Source of the DNA: Candidatus Omnitrophota bacterium
GTDB taxonomy: Bacteria > Omnitrophota > Gorgyraeia > 2-01-FULL-45-10
NCBI GenBank assembly: GCA_028699255.1
Contig: JAQVUX010000003.1
Coordinates: 146,654 to 210,653 of the forward strand
Reading direction: 5' to 3'
DNA length: 64,000 nucleotides
In this document: positions 28,433-38,033 of the stretch, in pieces
How positions within the stretch are numbered: the first letter of the stretch is position 1
How the letters are laid out: every line of letters starts with the position of its first letter
Notes under the pieces: generated by a model
The model's input: only the letters and a program-made list of their open reading frames with translations
The model's database searches: none
Told to the model about the DNA's origin: nothing
Position numbers and translations under genes: made by a program

Positions 28433-29446
28433 ATGATAAAAGTGGGTATTGTTGGCGCTACCGGTTATGCCGGCGCAGAAGCCATCAGAATACTTTTAGG
28501 ACACAAGGACGTAAAGATAACCGAGCTTGCGCGTTTTTCCGATACGGACGAGCCGATATCTACGGTCTTTCCTGAGTTTAAAGGAAGGATCGACATGATA
28601 TGCAAAAAGATCGACGCCACAGAGATATCCCGGAACGTCGATTTTGTATTTCTCGGCCTGCCGCACAAGGCCGCGATGGATCTTGTGCCTATATTTATTA
28701 AGGCCGGGAAGTCTGTCGTGGATTTAAGCGCGGATTACAGATTGTCTCCGGAGGCGTATAAAAAGTGGTACGGACTGGAGCATAAAGATAAAGCGAATCT
28801 ACCGAAAGCGGTTTACGGCCTGCCGGAATTATATCGCGACGCGATAAAGAAATCGAAACTTATCGCCAATCCCGGTTGTTATCCGACCAGCGTTATTCTC
28901 GGCACCGCGCCCGCGTTGAAAACAAAGGCGATAGACCCCAGGTATATAATAGCGGACTCGAAATCGGGGACCAGCGGCGCCGGACGCAAGGCCGACCTTT
29001 CACTTTCTTTCTGCGAAGTGAACGAGAACCTGAAGGCTTACAAGGTAAATGAACACCAGCATATGCCGGAGATGAACAAGATACTCTTCGAAGTTTCCGG
29101 AGAAGCGATCGATATGGTATTTACGCCGCATCTTATCCCGATGAACCGCGGGATATTGTCGACGATATATTTACGTTTGAATAAAAAGTTCGACACGAAA
29201 GCCGTTATAGATATGTACAAGGATTTTTATAAAGGAAAGCCGTTCGTCAGGGTGCTGGACGAAGGAATATTCCCGCAGATCAAAAGTGTCGTAATGACGA
29301 ACTATTGCGATATCGGGATCAAGGTAAGCGGGGAGAACCTGATCGTCGTTTCGTGTATCGATAATTTGACTAAAGGCGCCGCGGGACAGGCGGTGCAGAA
29401 CATGAACATAATGTGCGGTTTTCCGGAGACCGAAGGATTGATATGA
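28433..29446 (+). CDS. argC: N-acetyl-gamma-glutamyl-phosphate reductase
   Basis: VGIVGATGYAG NAD site, and active-site Cys in PGCYPTS. Confidence 0.9.
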   Translation: MIKVGIVGATGYAGAEAIRILLGHKDVKITELARFSDTDEPISTVFPEFKGRIDMICKKIDATEISRNVDFVFLGLPHKAAMDLVPIFIKAGKSVVDLSADYRLSPEAYKKWYGLEHKDKANLPKAVYGLPELYRDAIKKSKLIANPGCYPTSVILGTAPALKTKAIDPRYIIADSKSGTSGAGRKADLSLSFCEVNENLKAYKVNEHQHMPEMNKILFEVSGEAIDMVFTPHLIPMNRGILSTIYLRLNKKFDTKAVIDMYKDFYKGKPFVRVLDEGIFPQIKSVVMTNYCDIGIKVSGENLIVVSCIDNLTKGAAGQAVQNMNIMCGFPETEGLI

Positions 29447-29452
29447 CCGTTC

Positions 29453-29481
29453 GACCTCGGAGGTGCGACCTCGGAGGTCGA
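29453..29481. repeat. 29 bp element GACCTCGGAGGTGCGACCTCGGAGGTCGA, a tandem duplication of cgacctcggaggt, in the argC-argJ junction
   Basis: Seen directly. An identical 29-mer occurs at 58832-58860 inside the mtaB coding sequence. Confidence 0.8.
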
Positions 29482-29493
29482 GGAAGGTTCGAG

Positions 29494-30714
29494 ATGATCA
29501 TAGTGAAAGGCGGGGTTACCTCGCCTACGGGATTTGTGGCGAATGGCGTCAAGGCCGGCATAAAGAAGTCGGGAAACAAAGACCTGGCTCTTCTCTATTC
29601 CGAGGTGCCGTGCGTCGCCGCCGCGGCATTTACGACGAATGTATTTTGCGCGTCCCCGGTGAAGATCAGCAAACTGCATATTAAGGCCAAGTTGCATCAG
29701 GCTGTGATAGCCAATAGCGGTAACGCCAATTGCGCGAACGGCAAGGAAGGCGATAAATTGGCCGGGGAGATGACGCGCTACGCCGCCGACGCCCTCGGGC
29801 TGGACGCGCGCGAGGTACTCGTGGCGTCTACCGGCATAATCGGACAAGCCTTGCCGATAAAGAAGATAAAAGACAATGTCGTGCTTTTGGCAGGAGGACT
29901 TTCGAAGCCGGGCGGCATGGTGTTTGCAGAAACTATAATGACGACGGACACCGTGGCGAAAGAGTTTGCCGTAAAGATCAAACTCGGCTCATCGGTAGTG
30001 ACGATAGGCGGCGCGTGCAAAGGCGTCGGCATGCTGTATCCTGTGGTGAAGACCGAGCGTCACGCGACTATGCTCGCTTTTATAACGACCGACGCGGCTA
30101 TATCAAAAAACCTGCTGGAAGAGGCGCTATCGGAGGCGATTACGGATTCATTTAACATGGTGTCGGCCGATGGCGATATGAGCACCAATGATTCGGTATT
30201 TGTGTTTGCCAACGCGATGGCCGGCAACGCGAAGATAGCCAAAAAAGGCGCTGATTATAAAAAATTCACGAACGCGCTGAAGTTTTTGTGCGCGGAACTT
30301 GCCAGGATGCTCGCGCGCGACGGCGAGGGGGCGACCAAGTTTGTGGAGATAGAAGTAAGAGGCGCAGGATCGGGCGCGGATGCCATCGCGATCGCGCGAA
30401 AGATATCGACGTCCAGTCTTTTGAAATGCGCTATATTCGGCGAAGACCCGAACTGGGGCAGGGTCGCGGCGGCGGCCGGTTCCGCCGGAGTCAGCTTCGA
30501 TCCGGATAAGGCGGATATCTATTTGGGCGCCATGAAGGCTTTGTCTAACGGCGCGATAGCGAAAGGTTACAGCAAAGAGCGCGCCCGGAAGTTTTTTCAG
30601 GCCAAAGACGTTAAAATAACTCTCGACCTTAAATGCGGTAAGGCTTGCGCTACGGCGTGGACTTGCGATTTCTCGAAAGAATACGTCGCGATAAATTCGG
30701 AGTATTCGACATGA
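29494..30714 (+). CDS. argJ: Bifunctional glutamate N-acetyltransferase / ornithine acetyltransferase
   Basis: MIIVKGGVTSPTGFVANGVKAGIKK is a typical ArgJ N-terminus, and the autoproteolytic ATML site (HATMLAFITTD) is present. The tabulated start at 29413 overlaps argC and the repeat. Confidence 0.9.
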   Translation: MIIVKGGVTSPTGFVANGVKAGIKKSGNKDLALLYSEVPCVAAAAFTTNVFCASPVKISKLHIKAKLHQAVIANSGNANCANGKEGDKLAGEMTRYAADALGLDAREVLVASTGIIGQALPIKKIKDNVVLLAGGLSKPGGMVFAETIMTTDTVAKEFAVKIKLGSSVVTIGGACKGVGMLYPVVKTERHATMLAFITTDAAISKNLLEEALSEAITDSFNMVSADGDMSTNDSVFVFANAMAGNAKIAKKGADYKKFTNALKFLCAELARMLARDGEGATKFVEIEVRGAGSGADAIAIARKISTSSLLKCAIFGEDPNWGRVAAAAGSAGVSFDPDKADIYLGAMKALSNGAIAKGYSKERARKFFQAKDVKITLDLKCGKACATAWTCDFSKEYVAINSEYST

Positions 30715-31574
30715 AGAACGCGATAAGAAAGAGCGAAGTTTTAATAGAGGCACTGCCGTATATACGCAAATTTTTCCAGAAGACGGTCGTTATAAAATAC
30801 GGAGGCGCGGCCGTCGAGGAGAAGGGCATAGAAAAGGACATCCTCGAGGACATAATATTCATGAACTACGCCGGGATGCGGCCTATAATAGTCCATGGCG
30901 GCGGCCCGTTCATCTCGAAGATGATGAAGAAATCCGGCATCGAACCGCGGTTCATTCACGGCCGGCGCGTTACCGACGCTCAGACGATACACATAATCGA
31001 CAAGGCGCTCGGTATCATAAATAAAAAGATCGTGAATACGCTGAAGGGCATGGGTTGCAAGGCGTTCGGCATGAGCGGCAAAGAGAACGGCATGATAAAG
31101 GTAAGGAAGATGAAATGCGCGTGCCCCGAAGAGGATTTGGGTTTTGTCGGCGAGGTTACGGGCGTGGATACGACGGTGGTGCGCCAGCTTATAGATGACA
31201 ACATAATACCCGTGATATATCCGCTGGGCATAGGCCGCGACGGCCATACTTATAATGTTAATGCCGATGATGTGGCAAGTTCTCTTGCCACCGCTCTCAA
31301 GGCGGAAAAGTTTGTTTTACTGACGAATGTGAACGGCATAATGACCGATAAGGATGATCCCAAAACGCTGATCGATACGATAGGTTCGAACCAGGTCGAG
31401 CGCCTTATAAAGAAAAAAGTCATCGCGGCAGGCATGATACCCAAGGCGATGGCCTGCGTGAACGCGACAAAGGGCGGAGTAAAGAAGGCGCACATATTGA
31501 ATGCGGGTATTCCGCACGCCCTGCTCCTTGAAATATTTACGGACAAAGGAATAGGTACGGAGATAGTGAAATGA
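30711..31574 (+). CDS. argB: Acetylglutamate kinase
   Basis: VIKYGGAA and VHGGGP motifs. The ATG at 30711 overlaps the argJ stop (ATGA). Confidence 0.9.
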   Translation: MKNAIRKSEVLIEALPYIRKFFQKTVVIKYGGAAVEEKGIEKDILEDIIFMNYAGMRPIIVHGGGPFISKMMKKSGIEPRFIHGRRVTDAQTIHIIDKALGIINKKIVNTLKGMGCKAFGMSGKENGMIKVRKMKCACPEEDLGFVGEVTGVDTTVVRQLIDDNIIPVIYPLGIGRDGHTYNVNADDVASSLATALKAEKFVLLTNVNGIMTDKDDPKTLIDTIGSNQVERLIKKKVIAAGMIPKAMACVNATKGGVKKAHILNAGIPHALLLEIFTDKGIGTEIVK

Positions 31575-32755
31575 AAAAGACAGATAAAGTCGTGGCGGTA
31601 TACGATAAATACGTGATGAATACCTACAAACGTGTTCCGCTTTGCCTGACAAAGGCGAAGGGCTCAAAAGCCTACGACATAGACGGCAAAACTTACCTCG
31701 ATTTTTTTCCGGGATGGGCGGTATCGGGCATAGGGCATTGCCATCCGAAGGTGGTTGCCGCGATAAATAAGCAGGCGAAGACATTACTGCACGTGGCGAA
31801 TAACTATTACATTGAACCGCAGGCCCGGTTAGCCGAAACGATAATAAAAAATTCTTATCCCGGTAAAGTTTTCTTTGCCAATTCCGGGGCGGAAGCGAAC
31901 GAAGCGGCGGTGAAGCTTGCGCGTAAATACGGCCATGATAAGGGTAAGTATGAAATTATTGCTATGACCAAATCGTTCCATGGCAGGACGCTTGCCATGA
32001 TAACCGCGACCGGGCAGGACAAAGTTAAGATAGGGTTTGAGCCGCTTCCGGCGGGGTTTATACACGTCCCATTCAATGATATCGAGGCCGTCCGGAAAGC
32101 CGTGACGGACAAGACGGCCGCTATCATGCTTGAGCCGGTACAGTGCGAGGGAGGTATAAACATACCGACGCCGGAATATATGAAAGCGCTTCGCGCGCTT
32201 TGCGACGAGAAAGACATCGTCCTTATTTTCGATGAGGTGCAGACCGGCATGGGCCGCTCGGGCGAGATGTTCGCTTACAAAAATTACGGCGTGGAGCCGG
32301 ATGTTATGACGCTGGCCAAAGCGCTCGGCGGTGGATTGCCGATAGGCGCGGCGGTAGCCCGAGGGAAATTCGGCGACGTGCTGACGCCGGGGACGCATGG
32401 TTCGACTTTCGGGGGCTCTCCGATCGTCTGCGTCGCGGCATTGGCCGTATTCGACGCGATAAAGAAGGATAAACTTTTGCAGAATGCGCGGAAGATGGGC
32501 GCGTATATAAAGAATCGGCTCGAAGGTTTGAAGGAGAAGTATAATTTTATAAAAGATATCAGAACCATGGGTCTTATAATAGGCGTCGAGCTTACAATAA
32601 AGGGCGACGATATTTACAAAGAATGTCTTAAAGATGGGTTACTTATAAATTGCACACAGGATACGGTGCTTCGGATAATGCCGCCCATCAATATTACGCG
32701 CTCGGATACCGATAAAGCGATGGCGATATTGGATAAAGTTTTCGCGAAGCTGTAA
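31571..32755 (+). CDS. argD: Acetylornithine aminotransferase (class III PLP)
   Basis: Aminotransferase class III fold (FANSGAEANEAAVKLARKY, DEVQTGMGRSG, LAKALGGG). Confidence 0.85.
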   Translation: MKKTDKVVAVYDKYVMNTYKRVPLCLTKAKGSKAYDIDGKTYLDFFPGWAVSGIGHCHPKVVAAINKQAKTLLHVANNYYIEPQARLAETIIKNSYPGKVFFANSGAEANEAAVKLARKYGHDKGKYEIIAMTKSFHGRTLAMITATGQDKVKIGFEPLPAGFIHVPFNDIEAVRKAVTDKTAAIMLEPVQCEGGINIPTPEYMKALRALCDEKDIVLIFDEVQTGMGRSGEMFAYKNYGVEPDVMTLAKALGGGLPIGAAVARGKFGDVLTPGTHGSTFGGSPIVCVAALAVFDAIKKDKLLQNARKMGAYIKNRLEGLKEKYNFIKDIRTMGLIIGVELTIKGDDIYKECLKDGLLINCTQDTVLRIMPPINITRSDTDKAMAILDKVFAKL

Positions 32756-32777
32756 GCGATCGAAAGAGAAGGTTCGT

Positions 32778-33692
32778 ATGATGAAAGACATCATTTCCAT
32801 AGAGTTCCTGGATACGCAGGAGATTTTCGAGATACTTGACCTGACCGTCAAGGTGAAAGCGGATCGGGCGGGGTATGCCGACGCGTTGAAGGGTAAATCG
32901 ATAGGCTTAGTCTTCCAGAAGCCGTCGAACAGGACCAGAGTTTCCTTCGAGATAGGCATGGTTCAGCTCGGAGGGAACGCCATATATTTAGGCCCGGACG
33001 AGATAGACATGGGCGGCCGGGAGTCGGTGAAAGATGTGGCTTGCGTGCTGTCGCGTTATCTGGACGGACTTATAGCCCGAACCTATAAGCACGACGACAT
33101 AAAAGAATTGGCGCTCTACGCCGCGGTACCTGTAATAAACGGTTTGAGTGACCGGGCGCATCCGTGTCAGGCTTTGGCGGATATATTTACGATACGGGAG
33201 AAGCTCGGCACATTCAAAGGCGCGAAGCTTGCTTATGTCGGCGACGGGAATAACGTGCTCAATTCGCTGATGCTTGCCGCCGCCAAGGTTGGGCTCGACA
33301 TGAAGGTTGCCTCGCCGAAAGGTTACGAGCCGTCGAAAGAGCTCGTAGGGATTGCGAAAAGATTTGCCAAAGCCTCCGGCGCGAAGATCGAGATATCGAA
33401 CGATCCGGCCGCTATGGTAAAAGACGCAGATATTATCTATACGGACGTGTGGGTGAGTATGGGCCAGGAGAAGGATACCGGCTCCCGCATGAAAGCATTC
33501 AAGAGTTTTCAGGTGAATGATGCCCTGATGAAACATGCGAAGAAGGATTGCCTTATTATGCATTGCCTTCCGGCGCACAGATCACAGGAGATAACAGACT
33601 CCGTGATAGATTCGAAGAACTCGATAGTTTACGACCAGGCCGAGAACAGGATGCATGTTCAGAAGGCGATCCTGTTGAAATTGCTAAAATAA
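32778..33692 (+). CDS. argF: Ornithine carbamoyltransferase
   Basis: Carbamoyl-phosphate site STRTR (FQKPSNRTRVSFE) and ornithine-site HCLP. Confidence 0.85.
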   Translation: MMKDIISIEFLDTQEIFEILDLTVKVKADRAGYADALKGKSIGLVFQKPSNRTRVSFEIGMVQLGGNAIYLGPDEIDMGGRESVKDVACVLSRYLDGLIARTYKHDDIKELALYAAVPVINGLSDRAHPCQALADIFTIREKLGTFKGAKLAYVGDGNNVLNSLMLAAAKVGLDMKVASPKGYEPSKELVGIAKRFAKASGAKIEISNDPAAMVKDADIIYTDVWVSMGQEKDTGSRMKAFKSFQVNDALMKHAKKDCLIMHCLPAHRSQEITDSVIDSKNSIVYDQAENRMHVQKAILLKLLK

Positions 33693-33702
33693 AAGGGGAT
33701 AT

Positions 33703-34884
33703 ATGAAAGATAAAGTGGTTCTTGCCTATTCGGGCGGGTTGGATACGTCGGTCATCATAAAATGGCTCACGAACAAAGGCTACGGCGTTATCGCTTACAT
33801 GGCGGACGTGGGACAGGATTCGGACTTCGCCACCTATAAAGACCGCGCGCTCAAGACGGGCGCGATCAAAGTCGTCGTCGATGATTTAAAGGATGAGTTC
33901 GTGAAGGACTTTGTTTTTAAAGCGCTGAAGGCTGATGCCGTGTATGAGAATAACTACCTGCTCGCGACAGCCCTGTCGCGCCCTGTGATAGCAAAAGGGC
34001 TCGTCAGGGTCGCACGCTCCGAAGGCGCCGGATACGTGGCGCACGGATGCACGGGAAAAGGCAACGACCAGGTGAGATTCGAAGTTACTATAAATGCGCT
34101 CGATCCGCGCCTTAAGATACTGGCGCCGGTGAGAGAATGGGAATTGAAGACGAGATCGGAAGAGATAGAATATGCGAAGGATAATAATATCCCCATCGAC
34201 ACAACGAAGAAAAAGCCATACTCGCTTGATGTTAATCTTTGGGGAATATCGATTGAAAGTGGGAAACTGGAAGATCCTTATTACGAGCCTGACGAAGATA
34301 TATATCAACTTACGAAGGCAGTAGATAAGACAAGCGGAAGAGCTGTCTACGTCGAGGTGGAATTCAAATCCGGGATTCCGGTGAAACTGAACGGGAAGAC
34401 GATGGGTGGTGTGGCGCTCATAGAAAAGCTGGCAAAAATAGCCGGCGACGCCGGCGTGGGCAGAAGCGACATGATCGAAAACCGGCTCGTCGGGATAAAG
34501 AGCCGCGAGATATATGAGGCGCCGGCAGGATGGGCGCTCTACGCCTCTCACAAGGCGCTCGAGGCGCTCGTCCTCGATCGGGAGACGCTCCATTTTAAGG
34601 AAGCGGTAGCTTTGAAATACGCGGAGCTTACTTATTACGGGCTATGGTATACGCCGCTTAAGATGGCGCTCGACAAGTTCGTGGATGAGACGCAAAAACG
34701 CGTAAACGGTACCGTGCGGCTCAAGCTTCATAAAGGCAACTGTTCGGTGGTGGGGAGAAAGTCACCGGATTCATTATATAAGAAGGAGCTGGCTACTTAC
34801 GAGAAGGGCGATGTATTCGATCAGTCGCTCGCGAAGGGTTTTATCGAGTTGTGGGGTTTACCGTATAGAGGACGGGGGATATAA
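33703..34884 (+). CDS. argG: Argininosuccinate synthase
   Basis: PP-loop AYSGGLDTS and the conserved ASS core. Confidence 0.9.
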   Translation: MKDKVVLAYSGGLDTSVIIKWLTNKGYGVIAYMADVGQDSDFATYKDRALKTGAIKVVVDDLKDEFVKDFVFKALKADAVYENNYLLATALSRPVIAKGLVRVARSEGAGYVAHGCTGKGNDQVRFEVTINALDPRLKILAPVREWELKTRSEEIEYAKDNNIPIDTTKKKPYSLDVNLWGISIESGKLEDPYYEPDEDIYQLTKAVDKTSGRAVYVEVEFKSGIPVKLNGKTMGGVALIEKLAKIAGDAGVGRSDMIENRLVGIKSREIYEAPAGWALYASHKALEALVLDRETLHFKEAVALKYAELTYYGLWYTPLKMALDKFVDETQKRVNGTVRLKLHKGNCSVVGRKSPDSLYKKELATYEKGDVFDQSLAKGFIELWGLPYRGRGI

Positions 34885-35137
34885 GGGAAGGTAAAATTTT
34901 TCGCGGTCCGGGAGGAAGTCCCTTTCGGGATTCATGCCTCGCGCCGGACGCGAAAATTTTGACCATGCAAAATTTCCGCTCGAGAAAAATTGCTCGGACG
35001 GTGCCTCGCAATTTTTACGCCGGCGCTTGGCACGAATCCCTGCGGGCCTTCCTCCGGTGAGAGGGCGAAAAATTTTACAAAGTGCGTCAGTGCGAGAAGG
35101 GCGAAGCAATCTCGCTTGAGAAATAAGAGAGGAATAT
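34885..35137. repeat. ~250 bp imperfect long palindrome (MITE-like structured element) with A4T4 cores, filling the argG-argH spacer; its 3' end carries a degenerate half-copy of the GCGAG...GAAGCAATCT repeat
   Basis: Seen directly. Outer arms tttcgcggtccgggaggaag / cttcctccggtgagagggcgaaa; inner arms gggattcatgcc / ggcacgaatccc; motifs gcgaaaatttt and gcaaaattt. The sequence cgtcagtgcgagaagggcgaagcaatctcgc lies at 35085-35117. Confidence 0.6.
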
Positions 35138-36493
35138 ATGGCTAAGAAATTATGGGGTGGGAGATTCGCGAAAGCGATGGATTCTCGTCTTGAAGAATTC
35201 AGCCGATCTATACAGTACGATCATAAGCTGGCCGAATACGACCTTGTGGGTTCGCTCGCGCATATTCAGATATTGAAAAAGGCCGGTTATCTTACGGTAT
35301 CCGAAAAATCCAGATTAGAGAAGGGGCTGAAGGCCATATACGCTACCATTAAAAACGGGACGTTTGTTCCGGACTGCGGGTGCGAAGACATACATACGGA
35401 TATACAGAATAAACTTCATGCCAAGGTCGGCGACCTCGTCCTGAAACTTCATACCGCGCGTTCGCGGAACGACCAGGTTGCCTTCGCGACGAAGATGTAT
35501 TGCAAGATAGAGCTGATCAAGTTACAAGCCGCCATAGCGGAACTGGATATCGCTTTATGCGAGCTTGCGGTACAGAATCGGGATATGGTGATCCCAGGGT
35601 TTACACATATGCAGCATGCCCAGCCGGTACGGCTCGGAGATTATCTTTTAGCATACAGCGAAATGCTGAAGAGAGATTGTGAAAGAGCGTGGATAGTTTC
35701 GGGTAAGATAATATTGACGATGGGCGCCGGGGCGCTCGCCGGTACGCCCATAGATGCGGGTGCGTATAAAATGGACGTTTCGGAATATCTTCCCGAATTA
35801 AAAGGCGCGGCTAAAAGTTTTAAGCTATATCCGCCGGTGAATTCCCTCGACTCGGTCAGTGACAGGGATTTTGTCATAGAGATCCTCAGTGTGCTTTCCA
35901 TAATAGGTATGCACATGTCGAGACTGTCGGAGGATTTGATAATCTGGTCGACAAAAGAGTTCGATTTCATAACCATCGACGACGCTTTTTGCACGGGGAG
36001 CTCGCTTATGCCGCAGAAGAAGAATCCCGACGCGCTGGAATTAGTCAGAGGCTACGCCGGCAGATTATACGGCAACCTTTTAAGCGTTCTTACGATGATG
36101 AAAGGACTGCCTCTTACCTATAATAGGGACATGCAGTTGGATAAGGAGCCGCTTTTCGGATCGTTTGAAATAGCGCTATCCGAGCTTTCGGTTCTGTCGG
36201 GCCTGGTCAAGACGCTGAGGTTCAATAAAGTGAAGATAGAGGGGCACCTCGAGGATGAATCGCTCTACGCGACGGACATAGTTTATTATCTGGTGAGTAA
36301 GGGCGTGCCGTTCAAATCGGCTCATACGATCGTCGGAAAGCTTATCAAATATTCCATCGACAATTCTGTGGAGATAAAAAGCATGACGGAACGGGAGTTG
36401 ATGAAGTTTTCCGATAGGTTTAAAAAAGCGGATGTGGTAAAAATGTTGAATCCAAAGGTTTCGGTTGAATCGAAGAAGTCGATCGATAGATAG
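35138..36493 (+). CDS. argH: Argininosuccinate lyase
   Basis: Fumarate-lyase signature GSSLMPQKKNPD and the ASL N-terminus (LWGGRF). Confidence 0.9.
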   Translation: MAKKLWGGRFAKAMDSRLEEFSRSIQYDHKLAEYDLVGSLAHIQILKKAGYLTVSEKSRLEKGLKAIYATIKNGTFVPDCGCEDIHTDIQNKLHAKVGDLVLKLHTARSRNDQVAFATKMYCKIELIKLQAAIAELDIALCELAVQNRDMVIPGFTHMQHAQPVRLGDYLLAYSEMLKRDCERAWIVSGKIILTMGAGALAGTPIDAGAYKMDVSEYLPELKGAAKSFKLYPPVNSLDSVSDRDFVIEILSVLSIIGMHMSRLSEDLIIWSTKEFDFITIDDAFCTGSSLMPQKKNPDALELVRGYAGRLYGNLLSVLTMMKGLPLTYNRDMQLDKEPLFGSFEIALSELSVLSGLVKTLRFNKVKIEGHLEDESLYATDIVYYLVSKGVPFKSAHTIVGKLIKYSIDNSVEIKSMTERELMKFSDRFKKADVVKMLNPKVSVESKKSIDR

Positions 36494-36759
36494 TTTTACC
36501 AGGGTAGCGGAGTGTTGATTTTTCGGCACGTCAGATGGCGGAACTTTCGGGTGCGTGCCGGAGCGAATCTTAAAATTTTCGATACCTTATGGCGGTTCAG
36601 AAAGGCCGGACAAACTGTTCGGCAGTTTGCACATTTGCAGGTTGGACGGCCATCGAAAATTTTTGACAGCAAATCGCATGCCTAATGCGATTTGCGGCGA
36701 GCGGAGGCACCACCTGAAAGTAAACGCCTCCTTTAGCCGAAAAATCAGAACGGAGCGAT
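36494..36759 (+). other. 266 bp structured, multi-hairpin non-coding spacer upstream of lysA; a repeat element or cis-regulatory RNA
   Basis: Seen directly: hairpins cggcacg...cgtgccg, aaaattttcgat...atcgaaaattttt, gcaaatcgcatgcctaatgcgatttgc and ggaggcaccacctgaaagtaaacgcctcc. Confidence 0.4.
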
Positions 36760-38016
36760 ATGCACGATTTTAATTTCAAGGATAATGAGTTATACTGCGA
36801 GAATATACGGGTCGCGGATATCGCCAAAAAAGTCCCGACGCCATTTTATCTCTACAGCTACAAGACGTTCGTAGACCATTACAGGAAAATAAAGACCGCT
36901 TTCCGCGCGATAGATCCGCTCATATGTTTTTCGGTAAAGTCCAATTCCAATGTGGCGGTATTGCGGGCGCTGGTAAAGAACGGCGCCGGGCTCGACATCG
37001 TTTCGGGTGGTGAACTGCACAGGGCGCGCATAGCCGGGGTGAATCCTAAGAAGGTGGTTTATGCCGGGGTCGGCAAGAAGCGCGAAGAGATAGCTGAGGC
37101 GATAAAGTTCGGGATACTGCTTTTCAACGTCGAGTCCGAGGAAGAGCTCTGCGAGATACAGAGAGTCGCTTACAGCTTGAAGAAGAGCGTCAATGTCGCG
37201 ATAAGGATAAATCCCGACGTGATACCGAAAACTCACCATTACATAGCTACCGGCAAAGGCGAGAGCAAATTCGGCCTCGATTTTGAAACGGTGCACAAGA
37301 TATTCAATACGAAATGGAAGTACCCAAACCTTAATATAAACGGTGTTCATGTGCACATCGGCTCTCAGATACTCGACGCCGGGCCTTTTACCGCCGCCAT
37401 TAAAAAGGTGCTCGAATTTCTGAAGGAATACAAAATTAAGGTTGATTATTTCAATATAGGCGGCGGCTTAGGGATTGTATATTCCATAGAGAATCCGCAG
37501 ACCGCGAAGAGTTTCGCGAAGTCGGTACTGCCGCTTATAAAGAAGTCCGGGATGAAAGTGATACTTGAGCCGGGCAGGTTTATTTCAGGTAACAGCGGCA
37601 TTCTCGTGACGAAGGTTCTGTATACGAAGAGGACGCCGAGGAAGACTTTCGTTATCGTGGATAGCGGAATGAGCGATCTCATAAGGCCGAGTTTATACGA
37701 AGCGTATCATAAGATAGTGCCGGTATCTCTTGCGCAGGACGCGTCGAGTACGGCGGAGAAGGTCGATGTCGTCGGCCCCATCTGCGAAACAGGGGATTTT
37801 CTCGGCAAGGACAGGTATTTGCCACACATGAAAAACGGAAGCCTGGCGGTTGTGATGGCGGCGGGCGCGTATGGTTTTGCCATGGCGAGTAATTACAATT
37901 CCCGTCCACGCGGCGCGGAAGTAATGGTCAGGGGGAATAAGTTCTTCGTGATACGTCAGCCGGAAACATATAAAGATCTGGTTCACGGTGAAAAGATACC
38001 GGGATTTTTGAAATAG
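36760..38016 (+). CDS. lysA: Diaminopimelate decarboxylase
   Basis: Orn/DAP/Arg decarboxylase family-2 PLP fold (FSVKSNSN, HVHIGSQ, GGG.G, CETGDFL). Confidence 0.85.
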   Translation: MHDFNFKDNELYCENIRVADIAKKVPTPFYLYSYKTFVDHYRKIKTAFRAIDPLICFSVKSNSNVAVLRALVKNGAGLDIVSGGELHRARIAGVNPKKVVYAGVGKKREEIAEAIKFGILLFNVESEEELCEIQRVAYSLKKSVNVAIRINPDVIPKTHHYIATGKGESKFGLDFETVHKIFNTKWKYPNLNINGVHVHIGSQILDAGPFTAAIKKVLEFLKEYKIKVDYFNIGGGLGIVYSIENPQTAKSFAKSVLPLIKKSGMKVILEPGRFISGNSGILVTKVLYTKRTPRKTFVIVDSGMSDLIRPSLYEAYHKIVPVSLAQDASSTAEKVDVVGPICETGDFLGKDRYLPHMKNGSLAVVMAAGAYGFAMASNYNSRPRGAEVMVRGNKFFVIRQPETYKDLVHGEKIPGFLK

Positions 38017-38033
38017 CGTAAGAGGGAAGACGG

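Noticed and set aside
29413-29493. Upstream extension of argJ
   Set aside because: It overlaps the argC 3' end and runs through the 29 bp repeat. The conserved ArgJ N-terminus starts at the ATG at 29494.
36494-36759. A confident lysine riboswitch call upstream of lysA
   Set aside because: I could not match the L-box conserved motifs by eye, and the region shares motifs with other non-lys spacers. It is kept only as a low-confidence structured element.
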